Part shown: positions 1-8,769 of the stretch, one piece after another
How the letters are laid out: every line of letters begins with the position of its first letter
Numbering within the stretch: the first letter of the stretch is position 1
Origin: an uncultured Gammaproteobacteria bacterium
GTDB taxonomy: Bacteria; Patescibacteriota; Microgenomatia; Levybacterales; GWA1-39-11
Direction: 5' to 3'
NCBI GenBank assembly: GCA_964504535.1
Contig: CAZDED010000003.1
Coordinates: forward strand, 70,850-134,849
Length of the DNA: 64,000 nucleotides
The notes under the pieces: generated by a model
The model's input: the letters and a program-made list of their open reading frames with translations, nothing else
Databases searched by the model: none
Told to the model about the DNA's origin: nothing
Translations under genes and position numbers: made by a program

Positions 1-717
1 GTTATTGATATTTCATCTGGCGAGAAGATTGAGAGCATCCTTACCTATTCACCTAAAAAGACGATGGGTGGAAAATTTGTATTCCTAGCTACCAAGAAAG
101 GAACTGTCAAAAAGACCTCTATCGATGACTTCGGAAATATCAGACGCAATGGAATTATTGCCATAAAACTTGACCCAAGTGATCAGTTGACCTGGGTTCG
201 TCTGTCATCAGGAACGGATGATGTTGTGCTTGTCACAAAGAAGGGTAAAATTATCTCATTTAAGGAAGAGCAAGTAAGAGAAACTGGCCGCTCATCGCAA
301 GGAGTAAGAGGTATTAAGATAGGAGCAGATGATGAGGTTGTTTCGATGGATTTGGTTGCTGGTGGCGACCGCGATGCAGAGCTTTTGGTTGTTGCCGAAA
401 ATGGTCTTGGGAAAAGAACAAAGGTTAGTGCTGTCAGAAATCAAAATAGAGGAGGGCAGGGTGTAAAAATTGCAAATCTTAATGTCAAAACAGGAGATCT
501 GATTTTCTCATCTGTTGTACCACAGCATTCTGCTCAAGTAATTATCACCTCCAAAAAAGGGCAGGTTGTAAGAATACCTCTTAAATCAGTCCCAGTTCTT
601 TCAAGAAATGCGCAAGGTGTAATTCTTATGCGCTTTACAGACAAAACAGAAAAAGTTGGATCTGCTGTAATGGTAACTGAAGAAGACAATTCTGAAGAAA
701 CACCAACCACCCCATAG
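1..717 (+). CDS. gyrA: DNA gyrase subunit A, C-terminal part (5' end outside window)
   Basis: Reading frame is open from base 1 into ORF 64..717; repeated GyrA-CTD beta-pinwheel motifs (GRSSQGVRGIKI, GQGVKIANL); acidic C-terminal tail. Confidence 0.8.
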   Translation, partial: VIDISSGEKIESILTYSPKKTMGGKFVFLATKKGTVKKTSIDDFGNIRRNGIIAIKLDPSDQLTWVRLSSGTDDVVLVTKKGKIISFKEEQVRETGRSSQGVRGIKIGADDEVVSMDLVAGGDRDAELLVVAENGLGKRTKVSAVRNQNRGGQGVKIANLNVKTGDLIFSSVVPQHSAQVIITSKKGQVVRIPLKSVPVLSRNAQGVILMRFTDKTEKVGSAVMVTEEDNSEETPTTP

Positions 718-837
718 TCTATTAATTGACCCCAAATAGTAGTATAATTACCTGCTCGTTGACAACGGATACGGTACAGTCTGTTCCTACGCCATTAGCG
801 TAACGTACGGATTGTTTTTCGTGACGATGAAACTGTA

Positions 838-1329
838 TTGAGGTTTAAAATGCAACGTGGATATAATCGTGACAGCAGACTAGCAACGATAGCAGGATTT
901 CTTATGGGTATAGGATTTGCCTTACCCTTCGAACTCCTCTTTGCTATTATTGCTGGAAAGGCCCATAACCGACTGATCTTGGGATGCACAGTAATGTGTG
1001 CAGTCGGGATTACAGGAATCGGATGGGGGATTTGGCTGCAAAGCTATTCTTCACACAAACTGTCCGGGTTCGCTCGGATTACAAGGTCCAGAAAGAGGGA
1101 AGAAGTGAATCGTAACGACAATCGCGAAACAAATCTGATGAGCTTTGGATGGATAATCCGTGCTCTAGGAATTTTCGTTTTGATGGGGGTCTGGTTAGTT
1201 GTGTTTGTTAAATTCACCCAAGGTAACCCCATCAACTTCATGATTGCATCTTACTTTATGCTAGGTGCAATCTTCCTGATGCTGCTCGGATATTGCCTCA
1301 GGAAATGGGGTATACACCGACGCGGCTAA
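838..1329 (+). CDS. small polytopic membrane protein (4 predicted TM helices) with elevated GC content; carries an internal copy of the GATTACAAGGTCC cassette repeat
   Basis: ORF track 163 aa; hydrophobic helices; nucleotide repeat at ~1073-1100 matches ~1345-1372. Confidence 0.4.
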   Translation: MRFKMQRGYNRDSRLATIAGFLMGIGFALPFELLFAIIAGKAHNRLILGCTVMCAVGITGIGWGIWLQSYSSHKLSGFARITRSRKREEVNRNDNRETNLMSFGWIIRALGIFVLMGVWLVVFVKFTQGNPINFMIASYFMLGAIFLMLLGYCLRKWGIHRRG

Positions 1330-1372
1330 CGTCCCCATCGAGTCCAACTCGATTACAAGGTCCTGAAGGAGT

Positions 1373-1552
1373 ATGGTCGTGACAAATGCAGTTAAGAATG
1401 CTGTCAAGGTCCTCATGGGAGAGGCACGCCGCGAGTTCGCAGAACTCAGTGATGAGGAGTGGAAGGAAACGACCATCGTGGTCGAATTTCTCCCAGGACT
1501 CGTCCTGGGAAAGTTTTCCATGAGAAAGTCCCATCAAGAGAAAGGAAAGTAA
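1373..1552 (+). CDS. small GC-rich ORF (59 aa, soluble, charged) inside cassette 1
   Basis: ATG preceded by GAAGGAG, very short spacing; below ORF-track length cutoff; found by manual translation. Confidence 0.2.
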   Translation: MVVTNAVKNAVKVLMGEARREFAELSDEEWKETTIVVEFLPGLVLGKFSMRKSHQEKGK

Positions 1553-1576
1553 CCGTATCCGGTAAAATCAACGACT

Positions 1577-1606
1577 GGCCCCGAAACCCGAGAGGGTGGA
1601 GGGGCC
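1577..1606 (+). ncRNA. nested hairpin motif copy 1: GGCCCC-GAAA-CCC-GAGA-GGG-UGGA-GGGGCC (GNRA tetraloop, tandem G.A internal loop)
   Basis: seen directly; near-identical copy at 2116..2145 with compensatory loop change. Confidence 0.5.
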
Positions 1607-1901
1607 AAAGTCTCTCTTCTTCCATTAAAACCATCTCTAACTTCTGACTACTATTCAAAAAATAAATCTAGCATTGTTTCCAAGATCTAAAACCTAAAAA
1701 CCAACAACCTAAAATAGGGAATGATACATCAGTAGAAAATCCAACTATTACAGCATGAAGTATTATTAACCTATAGTACAGTTTGCCCAAAAGGTATATA
1801 ATACGTAGGTTCGTTGAAATAGGTCACCCACCCAATTTGCCTCAATGCGTAGGCAGAAACAGTGGTAACGTTTTTCCCCATGACGGGACACAAGGAGGAT
1901 C

Positions 1902-2084
1902 ATGCTGCAAGCAATTATAACCATATCCTTATGCATGGGTGGTTCAATCCTAGGAGCTCTGTCATTGGAGCTCCTACAGCGCGGCCTTCATGGCTCGACG
2001 ACACAGCAATTCTTCAGGGCACTCAAGGGGGGAATATCCCTTTCTCTAATTGCCTTGGGGATATTCCTCATCTACACGCTGTAG
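1902..2084 (+). CDS. small 2-TM membrane peptide (60 aa) in GC-rich cassette 2
   Basis: strong RBS AAGGAGGA 5 nt upstream of ATG; two hydrophobic helices. Confidence 0.45.
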   Translation: MLQAIITISLCMGGSILGALSLELLQRGLHGSTTQQFFRALKGGISLSLIALGIFLIYTL

Positions 2085-2115
2085 ACAGAGGAAGTCTTGA
2101 CCCTTCAACGAATAT

Positions 2116-2145
2116 GGCCCCGATGCCCGCAAGGGTAGAGGGGCC
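2116..2145 (+). ncRNA. nested hairpin motif copy 2: GGCCCC-GAUG-CCC-GCAA-GGG-UAGA-GGGGCC
   Basis: seen directly; tetraloop GCAA versus GAGA in copy 1, both GNRA. Confidence 0.5.
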
Positions 2146-2157
2146 AAAGTCCAAAAA

Positions 2158-2205
2158 TAGTAGTTAGTAGTTAGAAGTTAGAAGTTAGAAGTTAGAATAT
2201 AATAC
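2158..2205. repeat. TAG-rich microsatellite-like spacer (agtagttagtagttagaagttagaagttagaa)
   Basis: seen directly; GTTAGAA x3; stop codons in several frames. Confidence 0.6.
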
Positions 2206-2209
2206 AACT

Positions 2210-3043
2210 ATGGAAATTAATGGTAAGCAAATTCAAGAAGAATTACTGGTCGATTTAAAACTTAGAATAGCAAACTTAAAAGAAAATGGAGTGACACCTT
2301 GCATTGCAATTGTGACACTAGGACCTGAAGAAACTTGGGAGGCGTATGTGGGACAGAAAATCAAACTTGCAAAAAAGCTTGATATAACAGCAAAACTTGT
2401 AAATCTTAGGCCCACAAATACGGATGACGTACTAGCGGCTATTTCAGAACTAAATTCCGATCCATCTATTCATGGGCTCATAGTCCAACGACCTTTTCCG
2501 ACATATATTGATACAGAAAGAATAATTCAAAGTATATCAAAAGAGAAAGATATCGACGGCTTTAGAAATGACTCTTTATACGAAGTCCCAGTCTGGTTAG
2601 CAGTCAAACACCTTATCAGTCAGGGATCAAAACTGCTAAATGCTCCTGAAATACAGTTTTGGCTGTCAAATCAATCTATTCTGGTCATTGGGAAGGGTGA
2701 AACCGCTGGTACTCCGATCATAAATGGACTCTCAAAAATGCAAATCAAAACTATGGTTATGGATAGCAAAACGTCTGATCGTAACAGTCTATTTGAAAAA
2801 GCAGACATCATAATTTTCGCAACAGGAAAACATATCGATGTACCCTACGAATTACTCAAAAAAAATTGTATCCTTATAGGAATTGGACTACATAGAACTG
2901 AGGGCAAATTAGTAGGTGATTTCGACGAATTTGAGGCTAAAAGTCACGGCTTATATTATACGCCATCACCAGGAGGGGTCGGACCCCTAAACCTCTATTA
3001 CCTTTTTGAAAATCTCGTAACGTCCGCAGAAAAATCCTCTTGA
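2210..3043 (+). CDS. folD: bifunctional methylenetetrahydrofolate dehydrogenase/cyclohydrolase
   Basis: length ~277 aa; FolD signature YTPSPGGVGPLN; NAD(P)-binding GKGETAG. Confidence 0.8.
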   Translation: MEINGKQIQEELLVDLKLRIANLKENGVTPCIAIVTLGPEETWEAYVGQKIKLAKKLDITAKLVNLRPTNTDDVLAAISELNSDPSIHGLIVQRPFPTYIDTERIIQSISKEKDIDGFRNDSLYEVPVWLAVKHLISQGSKLLNAPEIQFWLSNQSILVIGKGETAGTPIINGLSKMQIKTMVMDSKTSDRNSLFEKADIIIFATGKHIDVPYELLKKNCILIGIGLHRTEGKLVGDFDEFEAKSHGLYYTPSPGGVGPLNLYYLFENLVTSAEKSS

Positions 3044-3390
3044 CACTTTTTCCATTTCTTTATAAAGTAGTAGGAATGTCAGAATTCCCTCCTGCAAAAC
3101 CCGACGTTGAAGTAATCCTTAATGCTCAGTCTTTTTTTCGCAAATACCCCACAACCGGCTGGCTTGATAATTTAGCTGATAATGTTGCGAATGAAGCAAA
3201 TACTAGAAAAGGGGCAGAGGTTGATCTCTCAGTCGTCGAACCAGTCCAAGTTGATTTAGGACTTGCAAGATTTGAAGGTTTTGAAAGAACGAATGGTCAA
3301 ATCTGGTGCGGCACCTTTGTTCTTATTCCGGAGGAAGTACCTTGCCCTATACCCGTCGCCCAGTTTACAGTTTCAGAACCCCAAAGTTAA
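3040..3390 (+). CDS. hypothetical protein (true start possibly M at ~3076)
   Basis: ORF track only; no recognisable motif. Confidence 0.25.
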   Translation: MTLFPFLYKVVGMSEFPPAKPDVEVILNAQSFFRKYPTTGWLDNLADNVANEANTRKGAEVDLSVVEPVQVDLGLARFEGFERTNGQIWCGTFVLIPEEVPCPIPVAQFTVSEPQS

Positions 3391-3410
3391 TTGGTATAAT
3401 AGATATCTTC

Positions 3411-4460
3411 ATGAAGAAAACGACCAAGATTATTTTTAGTTTGGTGATCCTTTTTGCAGTCATTTTTCTTCTCGCGATTTATTTTACAAGAACTACTTCC
3501 AATACAAAAACTTCAGACGAAAGCTTGGCTGATTCAGCCCAAAGTAAGTACGCAACTTTCCCATTGTCCATAGAGTATCAGAGAAATCAAAGTTATCCAG
3601 GAAGTGATTTTAAGATAGAAAGGACTCTTTCTAATGGAAGTAATTACCACCAATACGTCGCTTCGTATGAGTCTGACGGCCTCAAAATATATGGTCTTTT
3701 GTCGGTTCCAACAACCGAAATGCCGGTCGGTGGATATCCGGCAATTATATTTAACCACGGATATATCCCTCCCGAAGAGTACAGAACAAATGAGCGGTAT
3801 GTCGCTTATTTTGATGGCTTTGCAAGAGAAGGGTACATCGTATTTAAACCCGACTACAGGGGGCATGGAGACTCAGAAGGAAAACCTGAGGGAGCATATT
3901 TTTCTCCAGCCTACATGACAGATGTTTTAAATGCCCTTTCGAGTGTTGAGAAAATGAAAGAAGTAAACAAAGAAAAAATAGGCATGTGGGGACATTCATT
4001 GGGCGGTTTCTTAACCCTAAGAGCGCTTGTAATCACAAAAGATATTAAAGCAGCAGTCATATGGGGTGGAGTAGTGGGGTCTTACAAAGAAATGTCTGAG
4101 GACTGGTGGGCGAAAAGAACTGTCCCCTCATTTACTCCATCTCAAAGAGAACTTCAATCGAACAGACCATCCCGTCAGAATTTCATAAAGCAGTACGGCA
4201 ATCCATCAGACAGTGAGTTCTGGAATGCAATATCAGCAACAACTTATACTGATGACATTACGGCTCCTATTCAACTACATCACGGGCTGTCTGATGAAAC
4301 AGTCCCTTCGACACTTTCGCAAAGATTATATGACCGCCTCGTATCGAAAGGAAAGACAATAGAACTATACACTTACGAAGGCTCCGACCATAATATCTCG
4401 CAAGGCTTTGGACTTGCCATGAGTCGTTCTGTTGCTTTTTTTGCAAAATATCTTAAATAG
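3411..4460 (+). CDS. alpha/beta-fold hydrolase (S9 peptidase / dienelactone-hydrolase-like), membrane-anchored
   Basis: N-terminal TM helix after MKKTTK; GxSxG nucleophile elbow GMWGHSLGG; C-terminal Asp/His region; start chosen at ATG 3411 in frame with track ORF 3306..4460. Confidence 0.6.
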   Translation: MKKTTKIIFSLVILFAVIFLLAIYFTRTTSNTKTSDESLADSAQSKYATFPLSIEYQRNQSYPGSDFKIERTLSNGSNYHQYVASYESDGLKIYGLLSVPTTEMPVGGYPAIIFNHGYIPPEEYRTNERYVAYFDGFAREGYIVFKPDYRGHGDSEGKPEGAYFSPAYMTDVLNALSSVEKMKEVNKEKIGMWGHSLGGFLTLRALVITKDIKAAVIWGGVVGSYKEMSEDWWAKRTVPSFTPSQRELQSNRPSRQNFIKQYGNPSDSEFWNAISATTYTDDITAPIQLHHGLSDETVPSTLSQRLYDRLVSKGKTIELYTYEGSDHNISQGFGLAMSRSVAFFAKYLK

Positions 4461-4514
4461 ACGCTCCAATCCCATTGACCCGTCCAGTATTTTTTTGTAT
4501 AGTGGTCTGTATTA

Positions 4515-5306
4515 GTGATAGCTCAAAAAGTTAAAAAACTTTATAAACTTCTTGCCAAAAGACTTCGAAAAAAACGCTTCCCCGTTTTCCTCATCGCAAG
4601 TATTCTCTTCTCGTGCATTCTAATAACCGTTGGGTTGAGCTCTTATCTTTTCGTAAAAGACGTGCGAGGTGAGAGTGTGCTGGGCACTCAAATTGCGAAG
4701 GTCGAAAAAACTACTACTCTTATAAGTCCCGTTGTTGAGATAAGTTTGATACCGACAAGTTCTCCAGTCCCTACACCAACACCTACCCAAATTCCAATCC
4801 CCACCCAGTCAAAACCAACTCCAACAAAAACAGAAATTCCACAAGGAGGCAACACTGCCCAATACACTGCACAAAAAATAAATGACGTTACATGGAAGGT
4901 CAGCAACCTCATTAATGACGATAGGATGTCAACCCCTCAAGAACTTCTCAATGCTTTAAACTCTTACAGAGGAAGCCATGGCATCGGTAATCTTACATGG
5001 GACCAAAAACTTGGAGACTATGCACAGGGCAGGGCAGATCTTTTCTCAAAGAACGGATCCCTTGATTCTCATGCAGGATTTACTAATTTTATGAACAATG
5101 GTGGGTTTGATATTTCTGGATTTAATTCTCTTGGTGAAAATTCCGCCTATCTTTCAGGACCCATGAATTCTGAAAGGATAGTCAAAAGTATATTTGGGGC
5201 AGATGCATCCCATGATGGCAATCAACTCGATGGATCATGGACTCATGTTGGAATTGGAGTAAATGGACGAGCCGTGAATATTAATTTCGGAAAAAACAGA
5301 AAGTAA
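4515..5306 (+). CDS. CAP/SCP (YkwD-like) domain protein with N-terminal TM anchor and Pro/Thr-rich linker
   Basis: C-terminal GENSAY...SHDGNQLDGSWTHVGIGV matches bacterial CAP domain signature. Confidence 0.55.
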   Translation: MIAQKVKKLYKLLAKRLRKKRFPVFLIASILFSCILITVGLSSYLFVKDVRGESVLGTQIAKVEKTTTLISPVVEISLIPTSSPVPTPTPTQIPIPTQSKPTPTKTEIPQGGNTAQYTAQKINDVTWKVSNLINDDRMSTPQELLNALNSYRGSHGIGNLTWDQKLGDYAQGRADLFSKNGSLDSHAGFTNFMNNGGFDISGFNSLGENSAYLSGPMNSERIVKSIFGADASHDGNQLDGSWTHVGIGVNGRAVNINFGKNRK

Positions 5307-5321
5307 GCAAAGAGGACAGGT

Positions 5322-6074
5322 TTAGGAAACAACGTCCAGTCTGGATCTTAACTTTTCTAATTGTCTTTTTCTTAATTTCAAACGCATATCAGAGGCAATA
5401 ACTTTTCCGGCTTCTGAAAGAAGCTGTTTTGCTTTTTCTTTATCCTTTGAAAGTAAAGCTTCTGCCATGTGCATATAGGCTCCTGACTCCCATACTGCTT
5501 TTGCGTAGTTATCCTTGTCCTCTGAAGATTTTAGCTCAGACAGGGCAGACTCAAACCGGTCCATTGCCGATACGTCACCTTTTTTAAACTCCAAAACTGC
5601 AAGACGGGTTTGCATCTCAGCAGTCATTGCTGGCCGGTCAATATTTTGATCTAGAGCATTTCTATAGTTTATTAAAGCCTCATCATCTTCTCCCATACTT
5701 TCCAACACCTTACCGAAGTTATAAAATGCCACCCCTAATATTGATGGGTCATTTTGTACCCTTGCAAGTTCGACAGAAGCCAGGCCACTATGTTTTGCCA
5801 AAACGAGATAATCCCTCACGCCGGTAGATGCAAAAAGATGTCTATACACGAGTGCTTCGGACGCAGTAATATCAACCAACTTTTCGTATTTGCGTTCGTC
5901 AAAGGTAGCTGTGACAGCGTCAGACAAAAGCTCTAAAGATCTTTTAAAATCGCCACGTTCCCGCGCCTGTTCTGCCTGGATTAGTAGTCCTCTCACATCA
6001 TTGTTCATATTGTAATTATACAACTTTTTAGGGGTCCGACCCCTATTATAAAAACAGCTCAAAAACAAGTTCAA
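5322..6074 (-). CDS. TPR-repeat protein (true start possibly ATG at 6008, right after TATAAT)
   Basis: TPR-like helical repeats; upstream extension crosses GC palindromes. Confidence 0.5.
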   Translation of the reverse strand: MNLFLSCFYNRGRTPKKLYNYNMNNDVRGLLIQAEQARERGDFKRSLELLSDAVTATFDERKYEKLVDITASEALVYRHLFASTGVRDYLVLAKHSGLASVELARVQNDPSILGVAFYNFGKVLESMGEDDEALINYRNALDQNIDRPAMTAEMQTRLAVLEFKKGDVSAMDRFESALSELKSSEDKDNYAKAVWESGAYMHMAEALLSKDKEKAKQLLSEAGKVIASDMRLKLRKRQLEKLRSRLDVVS

Positions 6075-6104
6075 TAATGGTAAGGGTCCGACCCCTAAAA
6101 TTAA

Positions 6105-7352
6105 CTAAGGATTTTCTTTTTTGAGGGCATCAACAACACTGTCAGCTGCTGGCTTTTTGCTACCATCAGCCCTAAATATACCAAATTTTTCCTCAATTCT
6201 TTCAAAAAGAGTTTTATCTGACTTTTGATTCGGTTCATCCTTTAACTGATAAGGAAGGAATTTTATTCCGGCTTCTTTGTACGCAATGCTAGCTGCCGTC
6301 AAAACATCCCCTTGCTGTTCTTCGGTATATACTCCCTCTGTCGTCGGCAATCCCACCTCAGCTACCAGAATACCAATGTCTTTATCTCGTTGATGAACAA
6401 AATCACCAAATGCATTTACTAAAGAGGGGAGTGCTTTCGCACTTTCTACGTTTTTAGGATACGTATCTAGAGAATAACTATCTACGTATTTCCCTATGTG
6501 TCCATCGACGCGCTTCCATCTTTCAATGGTTTGTTGATTCATGGGGTAACCAGACAAACTTTGGGTAATTTGAATTGCAGGATTAACACCCCGAATCGCA
6601 GACGAGGCTGCATCAAGCCATCTCTCATATAAATTCAGTTGATCCTCGGTTATCTCTTGGTCAAATGTTCCATAGTTTAGAACATTATGAACATCATACT
6701 CATTACCCGGTTGCAATGTAACTCCGGTAAACTCCTGTGCAATACGAGTATAGTATTCTTTAGTAATACTCAAGTACGTCTCGAAATCAAAATCGTCTGG
6801 TACTTCGGGTGGGGTAGTAACAAAAAAAATTTCAAGTCCCTTAGACTGGGCATAGAGTGAGGCTTCTTTAAAATATTTCAGCTGCTCTTCATTCCATTGG
6901 ACATGTTTTTTGTCCTGCGTCAGACTAGCGACTTCCCATCGGGGAATACCAAACCGTACCTCAGTTTGGTCGTTTTCACTAATGAAGTCTATTTGCTTCT
7001 TAAATTCAGGTAGCTTCGCATAACCAATATTTTCACTGTCATACCCTAAGTGCTGAGTATTAAATCCTGAGTTGATATTATTCTCACCACCAGCAATTTG
7101 CGGGATGGTAATACGATATGGAAGTCCTTGTTTCTGGACCTCAGAAAGTTCTTCTTGTGAAAGAGACAACACGTGATCTGAGGTTTGATCCGTCTGATCA
7201 CCTATTAAGTCCGCTGAATGAGCCTCATTTACGCCCCCCATTAGAAGCGCAGCGGAAGTAAGCAGGGGGATAAATGCCCTTGCTAGTCCTTTTTGTGATT
7301 CGGGCACAGTGGATGGATCTGTTGCTGATAACGACTCTTGAGATGTTTCCAT
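6105..7352 (-). CDS. secreted glycoside-hydrolase-like TIM-barrel protein (GH5-like)
   Basis: N-terminal hydrophobic signal; LQPGNEYD (NEP-type catalytic acid context); size ~415 aa. Confidence 0.4.
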   Translation of the reverse strand: METSQESLSATDPSTVPESQKGLARAFIPLLTSAALLMGGVNEAHSADLIGDQTDQTSDHVLSLSQEELSEVQKQGLPYRITIPQIAGGENNINSGFNTQHLGYDSENIGYAKLPEFKKQIDFISENDQTEVRFGIPRWEVASLTQDKKHVQWNEEQLKYFKEASLYAQSKGLEIFFVTTPPEVPDDFDFETYLSITKEYYTRIAQEFTGVTLQPGNEYDVHNVLNYGTFDQEITEDQLNLYERWLDAASSAIRGVNPAIQITQSLSGYPMNQQTIERWKRVDGHIGKYVDSYSLDTYPKNVESAKALPSLVNAFGDFVHQRDKDIGILVAEVGLPTTEGVYTEEQQGDVLTAASIAYKEAGIKFLPYQLKDEPNQKSDKTLFERIEEKFGIFRADGSKKPAADSVVDALKKENP

Positions 7353-7388
7353 ATTCTAAACAATACTAACACAGATTGGTGTTTTATC

Positions 7389-7490
7389 TTTAGCGTAGCC
7401 AAGTGCTGTTTAAGCGCTTAGCGTAAACGAAGTTTGCGCCAAGCTCTGCTTAGCGTAGCCAAGCTCTGCTTAGCGTAGCCAAGCGTTCAT
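7389..7490. repeat. direct repeats TTAGCGTAGCCAAG(N6), 3 full copies plus 1 degenerate, abutting the recombinase stop codon
   Basis: seen directly at ~7389, ~7449, ~7469 plus degenerate copy ~7415. Confidence 0.7.
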
Positions 7491-8449
7491 GAACGTTTAT
7501 TACCACCATGAAATTTCTGATGAACGTTCTTAAGCTGAGGATTTGTTACGTGAGTGTATATCTGCGTAGTGCTGATATTTTTATGACCCAACATCTCCTG
7601 CACAGACCTCAAATCAGCTCCATTATATAATAGGTCTGTCGCAAAACTATGACGAAGACCATGCGGGCTTATTTTTATCGGCAGCTTTGCTATCCTTACA
7701 TATTTTTCAACAATCCGTTCTATTGAGCGGGGAGTGAGCCTCATTCTTTCACCCTGATTTATTGGATCTACCCCTTTTGCGTACCGTATAAAGATAGGCT
7801 GGAAGTTATCCTCACGAGCATCAAAATACTTAGTAAGCCAAAAAATAGCAGCATCAGATAAAAATACAACCCGGGCTCGTCCACCCTTCCCTATGACTCC
7901 AAATTCCTGTGTTTTAAAATTCATTTGATCACGATTTAGTCTACAAAGTTCGCTGACACGAAGACCGGTAGAGAAGAGTAGTTCCAAAATTGCCCGATCC
8001 CTCAACCCTTTTTCCGACGAAATATCCACAGCATTCATGAGCTCTCTAAGGTGATCCCGTCCTAAAAACTTAAGGCTTTTGCTTTCGCCCTTAGGTAAAT
8101 CTATTTTTTCAGGAGAAAGCGTATCTATATCATTTCTTACACAAAACCGCAAGAAAGAGCGGAGCGCAATAATGTGATAACTTTGAGTAACGCGCATGAG
8201 AGTCATTCCCCTATCATCCACGTAATAAGATAGCCAGATTCTGTATTTACGAATGACGTCGATACTGATTTTTTTGAGGGTGATTTGAGGCTGATTTGAG
8301 GCTAGCCATTCAGAAAAACGTTTGAGATAGAATCTGTAGTTACGAATAGTAAGCTTAGAAGCATTTTTTTCAATTTCCAAATATTCCAAGAAAATATTTA
8401 TTTGTTTATCCAAAGGAGACATTGTTAACATTATACGACATAACAACAA
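7487..8449 (-). CDS. tyrosine site-specific recombinase, XerC/XerD family
   Basis: C-terminal HGLRHSFATDLL...LGHKNISTTQIYTHV (R-H-R-Y catalytic box region); SAM-like N-terminal domain. Confidence 0.85.
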   Translation of the reverse strand: MLLCRIMLTMSPLDKQINIFLEYLEIEKNASKLTIRNYRFYLKRFSEWLASNQPQITLKKISIDVIRKYRIWLSYYVDDRGMTLMRVTQSYHIIALRSFLRFCVRNDIDTLSPEKIDLPKGESKSLKFLGRDHLRELMNAVDISSEKGLRDRAILELLFSTGLRVSELCRLNRDQMNFKTQEFGVIGKGGRARVVFLSDAAIFWLTKYFDAREDNFQPIFIRYAKGVDPINQGERMRLTPRSIERIVEKYVRIAKLPIKISPHGLRHSFATDLLYNGADLRSVQEMLGHKNISTTQIYTHVTNPQLKNVHQKFHGGNKRS

Positions 8450-8498
8450 ACAGTTCCTGATTTGCTTATTTTCGCTTCAAATCATATAATCCAGTTAT

Positions 8499-8768
8499 AT
8501 GTTTGAAAAACTAAGAGGAATATTGAACCCATCATCCAAAGAAACAATTTTTACTGCCATGGAAGCTGGTGAAAGCGTTCGTTTGGATGGGCCATTTCTT
8601 GAACAACCACCCTCTTCCAACGTAACCCATAATAATGCGGACGGCACACTAGTAACAGATGGCAACATCCTTTCTGATTCTATGCCAGCAAATACCGCAA
8701 ATAAAACTCCAAGCAGCATAGAAATCGAAGTTATGGCGCATGCAATGGGACGTTTCCTTCAAGGTTAG
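8499..8768 (+). CDS. hypothetical small protein (divergent from recombinase)
   Basis: ORF track only; no clear SD. Confidence 0.2.
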   Translation: MFEKLRGILNPSSKETIFTAMEAGESVRLDGPFLEQPPSSNVTHNNADGTLVTDGNILSDSMPANTANKTPSSIEIEVMAHAMGRFLQG

Positions 8769-8769
8769 T

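Noticed and set aside
1459-1647. Track ORFs (1261..1521, 1298..1537, 1446..1658 minus; 1459..1647 plus) in cassette 1
   Set aside because: These are multiple overlapping frames in GC-rich structured sequence. Only the RBS-associated plus-strand frame (1373..1552) was kept, at low confidence.
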